Positions 41,575 through 51,396 are shown, counted from the first letter of the stretch. The stretch is DNA of 64,000 nt from an uncultured virus (IMG/VR IMGVR_UViG_3300013121_000021) (IMGVR_UViG_3300013121_000021), one strand, 5' to 3'. The notes: generated from the letters alone by a model not told the origin. Made by a program: numbers and translations.

Positions 41575-41613
41575 AAAAAATGGGCGAAATAATTATATAT
41601 TTCGCCCATTTTT
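41575..41613. terminator. Bidirectional terminator between convergent genes
   Basis: AAAAATGGGCGAAATA/TATTTCGCCCATTTTT inverted repeat. Confidence 0.85.
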
Positions 41614-41624
41614 ATTTGAATAAA

Positions 41625-42239
41625 TTAGTCGTTATACTTATCGTATGCTAATTTACCACCAACCCCAAGTGCTCCAAGACCAGCTGTTCCTATAGCAAGG
41701 CGCTTTGCACCAGCTCTTTGTAAATCAGCTTTACTTAAAACCTTTCCTTTTCGACTGGTTATTTGACCCATAACATTCGTCTTACTTCCTACTTTACCTA
41801 CTTTTTCAAGTCCAGCTTTTCCAGCATCAACAGTTGCATCTGTAGCTTTTTTTGCTGTACTCTTTGTAGATTTCCATGCCTTTTTTAATGCTACTCTAGG
41901 CTTCTGAAAAAATTTTCTAAGTTTATATGCAGTTGTTTTTTCTGAAAGTTTTGCTTCAATAAGAGCTACTTTTTCTTCAAGAGAACTATCGGACCGAATA
42001 ACTTCCGAAACTTCATTGATAAAATCGATATTTTCATTAGCTACTGTATTTCGTATATTTTCATACGTAGCTGCTAAATCACCTTCGATAATAAAATCAT
42101 CAACATTTTCAAGAATATATTGCTCTAAAGCTACATTGTATGCTAAAAGATGTTCAGTTGCATACTGAATTAATTCTTCATTTGTTGTAGCTAAAGACTG
42201 AACATTTTCATTTTCAAAAATTGCTTTAATGTATCTCAT
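41625..42239 (-). CDS. Putative internal head protein (acidic N-half, basic and Gly-rich C-half)
   Basis: GAGG RBS before ATG 42239; charge switches after LIE/LSE; C-terminal GTAGLGALGVGG. Confidence 0.7.
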   Translation of the reverse strand: MRYIKAIFENENVQSLATTNEELIQYATEHLLAYNVALEQYILENVDDFIIEGDLAATYENIRNTVANENIDFINEVSEVIRSDSSLEEKVALIEAKLSEKTTAYKLRKFFQKPRVALKKAWKSTKSTAKKATDATVDAGKAGLEKVGKVGSKTNVMGQITSRKGKVLSKADLQRAGAKRLAIGTAGLGALGVGGKLAYDKYND

Positions 42240-42265
42240 AAAATATTTCCTCAAAATTAATATAT

Positions 42266-42616
42266 TTAAACAACACTCACTTTATATACACACTGATTTA
42301 ATTTATTTCGTAAAGAACCTTTAGGACATTTTAAAATATATTTATTTCGTATACCTACAGTTCCTGGCATATTTAATGAACCTATACCAAAACGTCCTCT
42401 AGTTTTATTATTAGGTTTTAAAATTTTAATTAATATTTTATTTTTTAATTTATTAATAGTATCTTGTTGAACTGAAGATTGAAGATTTTCTATTAAAAAA
42501 TCAATATCTTCCAAAATTCTTCTTTTATATTTTAACTTTGGTATGCGAATTTTAACTCTATATGCATGGATTAATGAATTTGTTAAATTAGCACCAGGTA
42601 TTGTTTTTGTATGCAT
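42266..42616 (-). CDS. Basic hypothetical protein with an internal leader-like motif
   Basis: ILEDIDFLIEN at about residue 34; CPKG..C motif like 45939..46223. Confidence 0.68.
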   Translation of the reverse strand: MHTKTIPGANLTNSLIHAYRVKIRIPKLKYKRRILEDIDFLIENLQSSVQQDTINKLKNKILIKILKPNNKTRGRFGIGSLNMPGTVGIRNKYILKCPKGSLRNKLNQCVYKVSVV

Positions 42617-43374
42617 TAACGTCTTTGAAAATGTGGACGTTGTGCTGGTATAGAAAAAGTTGGTTTTATTGATGGCGTTTGAATTTTTTTAACTTCAATA
42701 TTAGAAATTTGAGATTTAATTTTTATTAAAACATCATCATTAAATTTTTTTGGATCCTGTTTTAATAAATCAAGAATTTCATTAAATCTATTTTGTATTG
42801 TAGTTATTACTAAATTAAAAGTTGGTTCTTCTTGAAACGATAAAATATATTCATAACTAGATGCTTTTTTACAATCAATACCTTTTAAAGCTAATAGTTT
42901 AATATAATAAATATATAATTCAACTAAACAAGTCTCCATATATATTTTTAATGCTGCTATCGAACAATTAGCTTTTAATAAAAAGAATTTCTTTTTATCT
43001 TCTTCTTTTTCTATAATATCATTACATTTTTTTATAGAATCATCTCTAGCTTTAATAGATTTATCTTTTATTATTTTAATATTATTATATCCATTTAATT
43101 CTAATCTATTAAAATTTGTTTCTAAAAATTCATCTATTTTCGTAAAATATTTTAAACGTTCATAAGTAAAAAGAGAAAGACTAACTGTACCAGTAGCTAA
43201 AATACAAAATAAAAGATATTGTAAAATTGTTTTAGAAAGCGTAACTAATAATGGCACTCCAATATATATTGAAACTGACATTAAAGCTGCTAAACTAATT
43301 AAACTTATAGCTTTAGTAGTTATTCCTAAAACTTCTAGTATTAAATTATCTATTTCATTTAAAATTTTGCTCAT
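42616..43374 (-). CDS. Leader-family membrane protein
   Basis: MSKILNEIDNLILE followed by two TM-like segments. Confidence 0.75.
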   Translation of the reverse strand: MSKILNEIDNLILEVLGITTKAISLISLAALMSVSIYIGVPLLVTLSKTILQYLLFCILATGTVSLSLFTYERLKYFTKIDEFLETNFNRLELNGYNNIKIIKDKSIKARDDSIKKCNDIIEKEEDKKKFFLLKANCSIAALKIYMETCLVELYIYYIKLLALKGIDCKKASSYEYILSFQEEPTFNLVITTIQNRFNEILDLLKQDPKKFNDDVLIKIKSQISNIEVKKIQTPSIKPTFSIPAQRPHFQRR

Positions 43375-43389
43375 AAATAATAAAAATAT

Positions 43390-43422
43390 AAAGGGAGAAA
43401 TATAAAAATTTTCTCCCTTTTT
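43390..43422. terminator. Terminator-like hairpin
   Basis: AAAGGGAGAAA/TTTCTCCCTTT inverted repeat in an intergenic gap. Confidence 0.65.
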
Positions 43423-43437
43423 AATTAACTAAAAATT

Positions 43438-43716
43438 TTAATTTTCAGTTACTCTTGCATTCATACGTGCTTCCAGTACCGCACCAACCGCCATACCACC
43501 AGCAATAGCAGCACGAATATTAGAAATAGTTCCTTCACCTAAATAATCTTGAATTTTCTCTTCAATCGCAACAGATTCAAGATTTAAATTAAATTCTTCT
43601 TTATTAGAAGAATCTACACCTTCAAGATTAACATTTAAATCAGAAGACTCTGTAACTTCAGTAGTATTCTTATTAATAGAAGAAGAAAGTAATGTATTAA
43701 TGTCTAATTTACCCAT
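43438..43716 (-). CDS. Small acidic protein, possible prohead core component
   Basis: GAGG RBS, repeated NLE/VTE motifs, followed by a terminator. Confidence 0.65.
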   Translation of the reverse strand: MGKLDINTLLSSSINKNTTEVTESSDLNVNLEGVDSSNKEEFNLNLESVAIEEKIQDYLGEGTISNIRAAIAGGMAVGAVLEARMNARVTEN

Positions 43717-43729
43717 AATAATTAAAACC

Positions 43730-45625
43730 TCAATTAAATAAACAAAAAACGGGGTTAAATTTATTTACTTTAACAAAAAAACTCATAAAAAGTTTTTCAG
43801 TAATTATAAAACGAACATTTTTATCATCAGAATATTCATTATCTACAATAATTGAAGGTAATTGATCATCAGATGAAATTATTAAATCATTTATAATAAA
43901 TTTCCATTTAAAATTATTATAATCAAATTTAAATTCCTTATTTAAATTTATATCTAAATAATATCTTCTATTTAATTCGTCATATGTTGTATTTAATTCA
44001 TCTAAAACAATATTTACATATTCATTTAATATAGTACTATAATTTTCAAATGGTGTTATACTAGAAATTAATTCATTATTATAATTAAAATCTAATGTTA
44101 AAGAATCAGTAATACCTTCATGTAATCCAGCAATATAATTAAATGTTAATTTATTAAAATTAACCGCAATTATTTCAATATCATTATCATCGGGTAATAA
44201 TTGACTACATGAAATTATAGCTGTATCTGGATCAATATTGAAATTAAATGAATAAATTTTTGTATCATATACAAATTCTAATATTCCTTTAGATTTATAT
44301 GTTTCTGCTAATTCTATACTTTTATATTCTGATAAATTTTTATCAAAAATTAAAACAGCATAAATTATTGAATTATTTAGATCGATTCTAACAGAGTATT
44401 CGTTTATTTTTAATATAAAATCTGGAATTTTATTAAAATTATTATAAACTAATAAATAATTTAATACATTATAATCAAAAAAATTAGCAACAAACGTTTG
44501 TAATGAATATTCTACATATTTATTAGTTATTTTAAAATTTAATTTTTCATTTATCTGTTTATTATTAAAATATCCTGTTAGCCACGCAGTAATATCATTA
44601 TCTACAATATTAACATTTTTCAATTGACCTGAAAAAGAACCAGTACAATAATATTTAGAATTATTAGTTATAAAACTATATTCTTTTACTATTTTTACAG
44701 CATATACTATATCATCATATATAATATCAGCAGAATATGTTGTCCGCTCACTTTCTAATCTTCCGCTGACATTACCATATAATAAACTTACTATAAATGT
44801 ACCATCTGCTTGATAATTAATTGGTACAAGTTGTGATTCAATATATGCAGTTTCTTTATGTTGTAATTCTAAAATTAAAAATAATGATTGTTTTATGGCT
44901 ATCGGAATATTTGTATAGTATAATTTTTTTGTTACAATATCTACATTTTTTGAATAATCAATAGGTGGACCAAATATATATATTGGTAATTGATTTAAAA
45001 TTTCAAAACTATTTGCAACTTGAAAAGAACTTGCCGTAATATTAGTTAAATCAACCGACGATGAAACTAATCTAACTAAAGGTTCATATTGTATAGAAAA
45101 ACAATAATCTAAATTATTACTATACTTATTATGTTTTAAAAATAAATTATATATTTTATCTTTTTCAGGATTGAATAATAATCTATTTAAAAAAATTGAA
45201 TTTATTTCAAAAAAACTAATAAATTTAAATAAATGTAAATATTTATTTAAAGGTAGAAAATTCATTAAAATATGATTTATATTTAATGCTTGAATTTGTG
45301 ATTCACAATTAATTAAAAAATCAATATTAGAAACATAATGTTCTTCTTGAATTACTAATTCAATATCTTTAGTTTCATTATATAAAACTGGAAATTGATG
45401 TTGATTTTTTAAATTAGATTGGAAAATATATGGATGATTAATATATGGAGACGTACTTCCTAAATTAATTATGGCAGATGGTAATTCAAACTGTGGACTT
45501 AAATCTAAATTAAAACTAACATTTGCTAAATTAAATTGATAATGTTTTATTTTTGTAGGGAGTAAACTATTGATATGATTTGCTAATCCAAGCATTAAAT
45601 CAGAAAACAAATTATGAATATTCAT
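43730..45625 (-). CDS. Hypothetical structural protein (possible tail completion protein)
   Basis: 631 aa; function inferred from context only. Confidence 0.6.
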   Translation of the reverse strand: MNIHNLFSDLMLGLANHINSLLPTKIKHYQFNLANVSFNLDLSPQFELPSAIINLGSTSPYINHPYIFQSNLKNQHQFPVLYNETKDIELVIQEEHYVSNIDFLINCESQIQALNINHILMNFLPLNKYLHLFKFISFFEINSIFLNRLLFNPEKDKIYNLFLKHNKYSNNLDYCFSIQYEPLVRLVSSSVDLTNITASSFQVANSFEILNQLPIYIFGPPIDYSKNVDIVTKKLYYTNIPIAIKQSLFLILELQHKETAYIESQLVPINYQADGTFIVSLLYGNVSGRLESERTTYSADIIYDDIVYAVKIVKEYSFITNNSKYYCTGSFSGQLKNVNIVDNDITAWLTGYFNNKQINEKLNFKITNKYVEYSLQTFVANFFDYNVLNYLLVYNNFNKIPDFILKINEYSVRIDLNNSIIYAVLIFDKNLSEYKSIELAETYKSKGILEFVYDTKIYSFNFNIDPDTAIISCSQLLPDDNDIEIIAVNFNKLTFNYIAGLHEGITDSLTLDFNYNNELISSITPFENYSTILNEYVNIVLDELNTTYDELNRRYYLDINLNKEFKFDYNNFKWKFIINDLIISSDDQLPSIIVDNEYSDDKNVRFIITEKLFMSFFVKVNKFNPVFCLFN

Positions 45626-45626
45626 T

Positions 45627-45932
45627 TTATTTCTTTTTAACTATATCTTGATACAATTTTGTGATTGTTCTATCAAGATCATTATATGAACCTTCAACTT
45701 CTTTCAATTTAATATCGAATTCATTTTTAGAAAGTAATATCGTCGCTTCCATATTTTTTATTTTATTTTCTAACTCTAGAATACGACGTTCATAATATTT
45801 AAATGTTTCTTCTTGTCTTATCATTATTCCAGTTTGATTATTATTTAAATTGACCCAAGAAGTAAACAATCCACCTACGAAAATAAATAATGTAAAAACA
45901 TCCTTTAAAGGAATTTTTAATTCATTAAGCAT
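45627..45932 (-). CDS. Membrane-anchored coiled-coil protein
   Basis: N-terminal TM VFTLFIFVGGLFTSWV followed by a coiled coil. Confidence 0.7.
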   Translation of the reverse strand: MLNELKIPLKDVFTLFIFVGGLFTSWVNLNNNQTGIMIRQEETFKYYERRILELENKIKNMEATILLSKNEFDIKLKEVEGSYNDLDRTITKLYQDIVKKK

Positions 45933-45938
45933 ATATTA

Positions 45939-46223
45939 TTAAAGATGTCTACGCAATCTTAATAAATTGGATTTCATCCTACGTTTTTTCATCATTAATA
46001 CGTTTATTCCTCTTAATGTTTTCTTTTTTGTTTTTAACATTAATTTAGCTGCTTTTTTTCTTTTTCTAAGTTCCATTGGATTCATTTTTACGCATCTTTT
46101 ATCGACACGTTTAAATCCAGGCGGACATACTAATTTTTTAACAATTTTTCCACCACGAACTACTTTTTTAAATTTTACAGCTTCTTCTATTAAATTATTA
46201 ACATTTTCAAGTATGGGTCCCAT
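45939..46223 (-). CDS. Very basic leader-family protein (prohead-core-like)
   Basis: MGPILENVNNLIEE, then KKVVRGGK..CPPGFK..CVKM and a K/R-rich tail. Confidence 0.72.
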   Translation of the reverse strand: MGPILENVNNLIEEAVKFKKVVRGGKIVKKLVCPPGFKRVDKRCVKMNPMELRKRKKAAKLMLKTKKKTLRGINVLMMKKRRMKSNLLRLRRHL

Positions 46224-46258
46224 ATTTTATTTATATGTCTATATCAAATTTTAAAAAC

Positions 46259-46951
46259 TCAAAATGATAATTTATCTATTTCTAACATTGATGCAACACA
46301 ATGAAGATTATTTGGTACAGTTGATTTAATAGACAGTTTTTGACCACTTAATAAATTGACCGTTTTATCCCATACAAAAATAGTATTTGGTGGAACGCGA
46401 ATATTTTGACCGATAATATATGGTGTATTTAAATTATCTATATCAATAATTCTAACTGTAATAAATGAATTTTGAAATCCATTATTAATATTAACATTTG
46501 CAAATTGCATTCCATGAATTATAGAATTAATTCTATCGGAAGGACATTCATATATATTTTTAAATTCTTCATCTTCAAATTTTGCAAATGCATTTGCATA
46601 TCTTTCAAATGGATTTTCATAAACTTCAAAAATAGCTAAATACAAATGTGCTGTTTCACCACTCTCATAATCAGAATGGGATTTAGCATAAATTGTATCG
46701 CCAGTTTTTAAGTTTATTGGTTTATCCCATGCTAATGTAACTTTAGGAGGAATTCTTATTAAATTGCCTAAAATATATTCTTCATTAGTAGAGTAATCTA
46801 ATATACTAAAAGTTGGAGTTATTACATTATTACTAATATTTGAACAATTTAAACTATGAATTACCACAGATTTTACATCTGGGCAAGTATATATAGCCTG
46901 TTTAGTATTATCTAATTTTTTTAATACATTACTGTGAACTTCTACTGCCAT
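46259..46951 (-). CDS. Tail-associated protein with two ~100-aa repeats
   Basis: Two IY.CP..IH..N..WDK.NL..G units; paralog of 50750..51382 and 48563..48877. Confidence 0.72.
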   Translation of the reverse strand: MAVEVHSNVLKKLDNTKQAIYTCPDVKSVVIHSLNCSNISNNVITPTFSILDYSTNEEYILGNLIRIPPKVTLAWDKPINLKTGDTIYAKSHSDYESGETAHLYLAIFEVYENPFERYANAFAKFEDEEFKNIYECPSDRINSIIHGMQFANVNINNGFQNSFITVRIIDIDNLNTPYIIGQNIRVPPNTIFVWDKTVNLLSGQKLSIKSTVPNNLHCVASMLEIDKLSF

Positions 46952-46953
46952 AA

Positions 46954-47583
46954 TTAATCAAAATTTAAAATTGCGAATAAATTTACTATTTCTTCAAAAC
47001 TATTAAGTAAAATTTCAGATCTTGGATATACAAGGAAACTTTTTCCTCGTATTTGCATTACCGCAGGTCTCATTAATCTAGTAGGAACTTGAGTAACAGT
47101 TTTCAGTGTTTTATTAAATGTAAATTTAGCAAGGATAACTCTATCAAAATCAATTTGAAAATCATCAGGAATTGTATCTATGCCATTAGAAGAAACATAA
47201 AACAATTTTAATTTAGATAAGTTCGTATATAATGTATTTAAAAATCTATAGGATAAAGTTACAATTAAAGATCCTGTATCAGTAAATGGAGTAACATCAA
47301 TATTTAATACATTTTCTGCTTTTTGTGAAGTTATTTCAACTAATGTACTATCAATAATTGCTTTACCATGATCTACACTAATTGTAATAATATCATTATC
47401 TGGATTATATTCCGCATATGAATGTAATCCATCTAAAACACAATCCTCACCTATAGATTTAAGTAAATTATTAACTGATCTTGATATATAAACTTTTGAA
47501 GAATGAGTATCAAAATCAAATAATTTATTACTATATGGGTTTATTAATATTTCTTGTTCTAAAGGAGTTATCGAAGCAGCCAT
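46954..47583 (-). CDS. Tail-associated hypothetical protein, paralog of 49197..49793
   Basis: Shared FDT.SS..Y, IG.D, KLKL.YV and DRV/ILAKF motifs. Confidence 0.75.
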   Translation of the reverse strand: MAASITPLEQEILINPYSNKLFDFDTHSSKVYISRSVNNLLKSIGEDCVLDGLHSYAEYNPDNDIITISVDHGKAIIDSTLVEITSQKAENVLNIDVTPFTDTGSLIVTLSYRFLNTLYTNLSKLKLFYVSSNGIDTIPDDFQIDFDRVILAKFTFNKTLKTVTQVPTRLMRPAVMQIRGKSFLVYPRSEILLNSFEEIVNLFAILNFD

Positions 47584-48560
47584 TAATTATTATGCTCATG
47601 ATATATTTGAGAAACTCTAGCTCTGCGTTCTTTTCTTCTTCTGTAAAACGGCAGATCTTGAATTGTATGTCTTGCTGATAATTGTAACTTAAAAGCATGA
47701 AATATTTGTAATTTAATATCTTCTGGAAAGAAAGAAAATCTGGGTACAGGATAAACCTTATTATCTATTTCAATATTTAATAGATCAGAATCCGGATTAT
47801 TTATTACTTTTTCATGAATAATTTCTGGGATAATATCATATGACATTCCATAATCTCTAAATAATCTTTCCATTATATCAACTTGATGAAATGTCATTAT
47901 ATATTGTTCAACAATAAAAACTTCTTTATTAGATTTTAATACAGTATCAAATACTGCTAAAATCACATAATCTTTAGTTGGTTCCCAGATAATATCATTT
48001 GAATTTATAACTTGTTTATTAGTATCTACATAAAATAATTTCAAAGAGAATGGTGGTAATAAATGAGAGGTGGAATATGGTCCATCTAAATCATATTTAT
48101 TACCTTTTTTATGAAATAATTGTTGTCTATTTGCAGATTGAGTATTATCATAAACAAAATCTAATACAACAATTAATTTATCCGGTTGAAATAATCCTTC
48201 ATAATCTATCGTTAATATTTGTGGTTTTGATAAAATTAATAATGTTGAATTAACAACAGCGGCTCCAGGAGAAATTAATACTGAAATTTCTTTATTGATA
48301 TTATTCTCTTTTTGATCATTAAAAGAATTATCAATATTTAATATATAACAATCAAAACCATATAAAATAGAATTTCCAGTAAATCCTTCACATAAAGCTC
48401 TTAAATTATAACTAATAAATCTAGATATATATTTTTTTGCAGCTTCTCTATTTTGCGTAGGTGTAGATGTTTTTACTGAATCAGAAAATTTTTCCAATTC
48501 AGTATTTTGCATATATCTACTATTATACGCAGTTTGTGAAGGTTCAATTGAGAGTTTCAT
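47583..48560 (-). CDS. Tail-associated hypothetical protein, paralog of 49777..50568
   Basis: Shared DCYI.N, LI.PG and TI.DL..Y...ER motifs; start probably ATG 48560. Confidence 0.75.
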   Translation of the reverse strand: MKLSIEPSQTAYNSRYMQNTELEKFSDSVKTSTPTQNREAAKKYISRFISYNLRALCEGFTGNSILYGFDCYILNIDNSFNDQKENNINKEISVLISPGAAVVNSTLLILSKPQILTIDYEGLFQPDKLIVVLDFVYDNTQSANRQQLFHKKGNKYDLDGPYSTSHLLPPFSLKLFYVDTNKQVINSNDIIWEPTKDYVILAVFDTVLKSNKEVFIVEQYIMTFHQVDIMERLFRDYGMSYDIIPEIIHEKVINNPDSDLLNIEIDNKVYPVPRFSFFPEDIKLQIFHAFKLQLSARHTIQDLPFYRRRKERRARVSQIYHEHNN

Positions 48561-48562
48561 TA

Positions 48563-48877
48563 TTACTCTTCGTATCCCCAAACAACAGCGGCTGCATTAT
48601 TTGAAGTACTTACGGAAATTGTCTGACCAGAATTTACTACAATACCAGTTCTTTCATAGGTATTATTTGGAGTTAATTCAAAATTATATTCAATATAATC
48701 CGACATACTTGGTGCAGACGTATTTGCTTTAACCGCTATTTTAATAATAATAGTCTGCGAATTTAAATTACATAATGACAATGTAACTACACCAGTTTTA
48801 CCTGTTGGTGCAGAGTAAATATTTGTATCTGTATTTGCACTATTAACATGAACTGCAGCTAATCTACCAGTACTCAT
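48563..48877 (-). CDS. Small tail-fibre-associated protein
   Basis: GAGG RBS; single copy of the IY.AP..CN domain. Confidence 0.75.
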   Translation of the reverse strand: MSTGRLAAVHVNSANTDTNIYSAPTGKTGVVTLSLCNLNSQTIIIKIAVKANTSAPSMSDYIEYNFELTPNNTYERTGIVVNSGQTISVSTSNNAAAVVWGYEE

Positions 48878-48892
48878 GAATTATAATCCTCA

Positions 48893-49180
48893 TTAAACAA
48901 AGCTTGTTAAGAAAAATTGAAATGGGCGATCCGCCTTAGTAGCATAATTATTTATCCATAAATTATTTTCATACATTAAAACTTGACCATTTTGAGGATC
49001 ATTAATATTAATATTAATAATATCACTGAGGTCTATAGATAAATCCGCAAATGCTTTATTTTCCCATCTCTGATTAATACTATTGAATGCAAATAAATCT
49101 TTATTACTTGGTGTTATTACTGACACATCTGCCAGTGAATTTAGATCAGGGATTGGCCCTAATACTCCCATATATGACAT
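48893..49180 (-). CDS. Small fibre-like protein
   Basis: Two L.D(V/I)..P.N...L.(Y/F)....W.N repeats typical of phage fibres. Confidence 0.72.
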   Translation of the reverse strand: MSYMGVLGPIPDLNSLADVSVITPSNKDLFAFNSINQRWENKAFADLSIDLSDIINININDPQNGQVLMYENNLWINNYATKADRPFQFFLTSFV

Positions 49181-49196
49181 ATGTTCACCTACTTTA

Positions 49197-49793
49197 TTAA
49201 TTTAAATAGTTATATAAAAATGAAAATTTTTCAATATATTTAAGTTGTGATTTAAAAAGATTTGATAATGGATATATTTCAAAATCTTTACTTAAAATAC
49301 TATATATTTCATTTGTATTAAATGAAATTTCTGATTTATATAGAGTTCCATTATCTAATAGAAACTTTGCAATAAGAATTCTATCATAATCTAAATTAAA
49401 AGTATCTGGATATATTGAATTTCCTATTACATAATATAATTTAAGTTTTGCTGTATTATATTCCTGTTCATTATATTTATAATTTAGGAATATAAGTAAA
49501 TCTGCTTGATTTTCAAATCCTGTTGTATTTATATCAAGATTGATATTCTCATTGGATTCGATTAAAGTTATATCACAAATAGCTTTCCCAGGAGCAATTG
49601 TAAAATAAAAATTATCTCCATCTTGTGTAAATGATGTTTCAAATCCATTTATAATTATATCATTCCCAATAGCTTTTAAATTTCTATTTATATTTTTCTT
49701 TAGATAATATCTAGAAGAAATTGTATCAAATTGTAAAATATTACTTGATTCTATATCTATATCTGGTGATACTAACTCAACAGTAGAAGTCAT
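49197..49793 (-). CDS. Tail-associated hypothetical protein
   Basis: Paralog of 46954..47583. Confidence 0.75.
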   Translation of the reverse strand: MTSTVELVSPDIDIESSNILQFDTISSRYYLKKNINRNLKAIGNDIIINGFETSFTQDGDNFYFTIAPGKAICDITLIESNENINLDINTTGFENQADLLIFLNYKYNEQEYNTAKLKLYYVIGNSIYPDTFNLDYDRILIAKFLLDNGTLYKSEISFNTNEIYSILSKDFEIYPLSNLFKSQLKYIEKFSFLYNYLN

Positions 49794-50568
49794 CGTAAAA
49801 TTCTCTAAATACGGCTAAATGTCTAGATACTCTTTCTCTTTTATATTCATAAATATCTAAATCTGTTATTGTTCTTCTAATAATTACTGAACTCGATATA
49901 TATTTATTTAAATTTGATAAAATTTTTTCAGAAGGTGTAAGTAACGGTCTTATATAATATTCATTATTAAATAAAACGAGTTTATTATTTTCTAATAAAT
50001 CAGAATAATAAATATTATTTAAAGATAATATATTTGAAAATGATTCTAAACTATATTTAGTTATTTCAATATTTACTAAATTAGAATAATTAGAAAAAAC
50101 ATAAGAAAATATTCTTAATCCATATCTATTATCGAAATTTAATTTAAATCCAGATAAAATCAAATATGTATCATCAAATTCATATCCATCTGAATTTATT
50201 AATATATTATTTTTTATATAGAATAGAGTCAATCTTAACTTATATTGATTATCAATATGTTTTGCGCAAATAAATATATAACTTACACTATCATCTAAAA
50301 AAGTTTCAGTATCTAAAAGAACTGGGTCGTGAATCTCACCAAATATATTATTAATTAAAAAATTTCCAGGAGTTATTAAAAAAGTTAATTTATTTAGTGA
50401 TTTATTTATTATATAGCAATCAGTATTAAATAATATACAATTTGATTTAAAATCAGTAAGTACTAAATTTTGAAATGCACTTAATTTATTTAAATATAAA
50501 TCTATATCTTCATTATTGTAATTAGATATATTATTTTTTTGTTGTTCTTTTGTAGAATAAACTTTCAT
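49777..50568 (-). CDS. Tail-associated hypothetical protein
   Basis: Paralog of 47583..48560. Confidence 0.75.
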   Translation of the reverse strand: MKVYSTKEQQKNNISNYNNEDIDLYLNKLSAFQNLVLTDFKSNCILFNTDCYIINKSLNKLTFLITPGNFLINNIFGEIHDPVLLDTETFLDDSVSYIFICAKHIDNQYKLRLTLFYIKNNILINSDGYEFDDTYLILSGFKLNFDNRYGLRIFSYVFSNYSNLVNIEITKYSLESFSNILSLNNIYYSDLLENNKLVLFNNEYYIRPLLTPSEKILSNLNKYISSSVIIRRTITDLDIYEYKRERVSRHLAVFREFYDDFYC

Positions 50569-50747
50569 ATAAATAATAGTTTAATCTGTATTTCATCTCT
50601 TTGTTCTGCATTTGATAATTCTGTTTCAATATTCTGATTTATAATTTGCTGATCATCAAATGAATTTTGTATATTGGTAATTATTATTTCCCAATCACGT
50701 AATGTTTTTAATACTTTATCAAAACTATAGTAGCCTAATACTGCCAT
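50565..50747 (-). CDS. Hypothetical protein (60 aa)
   Basis: Fills the gap between coupled genes. Confidence 0.65.
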   Translation of the reverse strand: MAVLGYYSFDKVLKTLRDWEIIITNIQNSFDDQQIINQNIETELSNAEQRDEIQIKLLFI

Positions 50748-50749
50748 AA

Positions 50750-51382
50750 TTATTCCAATTTTAAAATTGATATAAAAGTATCTATGTTATCATTAACATT
50801 ACTGGTTGAGCCAAATATTTTTTGTGATGATATTAAATTAATTGGTTTATTCCAAATAATATTTGATATTACTTCAGAATTTTTCAATATGTAAAATATA
50901 TTTTGATCATCATCCTCAACCCATATATTAACTCGGGAAGGATTTAATAAATTATTATTACATATATAAAAACTATAAATGTTACTTGTTATATCTTGAT
51001 TATTATCATAAATCAATTCTGAAGTCGTTGTTAAATGCTTAAATGCATTTGAATATAACTCAGACCCCATCTGGACTACAAACAATTCAGATAATACGAC
51101 ATCTATAGAATTTTCAATATCACAATCAATATATAACTCATCTCCTTGACATAAATTTATTCCTTTTTCTAATGTATAAGTAGTGTTTAACGGCAAAACA
51201 AAATTTCTAAATAAATTTATAGTCTGTCCTTGAGATTTAAATTTTAAAGTAATTTTAATATCGCTATTACCAATATTACAAATATATAAACTATGAATTA
51301 CAACATCAGTAGTTGCTGAATAAATTAAATTATCTAAAAAATTATTAGCTCTACTTAATTTAGAAGAATAAAGTTCTTTCAT
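50750..51382 (-). CDS. Tail-associated protein with two repeats
   Basis: VVIHSLYICN, K(G/P)INL; paralog of 46259..46951. Confidence 0.75.
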   Translation of the reverse strand: MKELYSSKLSRANNFLDNLIYSATTDVVIHSLYICNIGNSDIKITLKFKSQGQTINLFRNFVLPLNTTYTLEKGINLCQGDELYIDCDIENSIDVVLSELFVVQMGSELYSNAFKHLTTTSELIYDNNQDITSNIYSFYICNNNLLNPSRVNIWVEDDDQNIFYILKNSEVISNIIWNKPINLISSQKIFGSTSNVNDNIDTFISILKLE

Positions 51383-51396
51383 ATTAAAATATAGAA

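Noticed and set aside
45627..45932. Holin
   Set aside because: A single TM plus coiled coil is compatible but not diagnostic, and it is far from the lysin.
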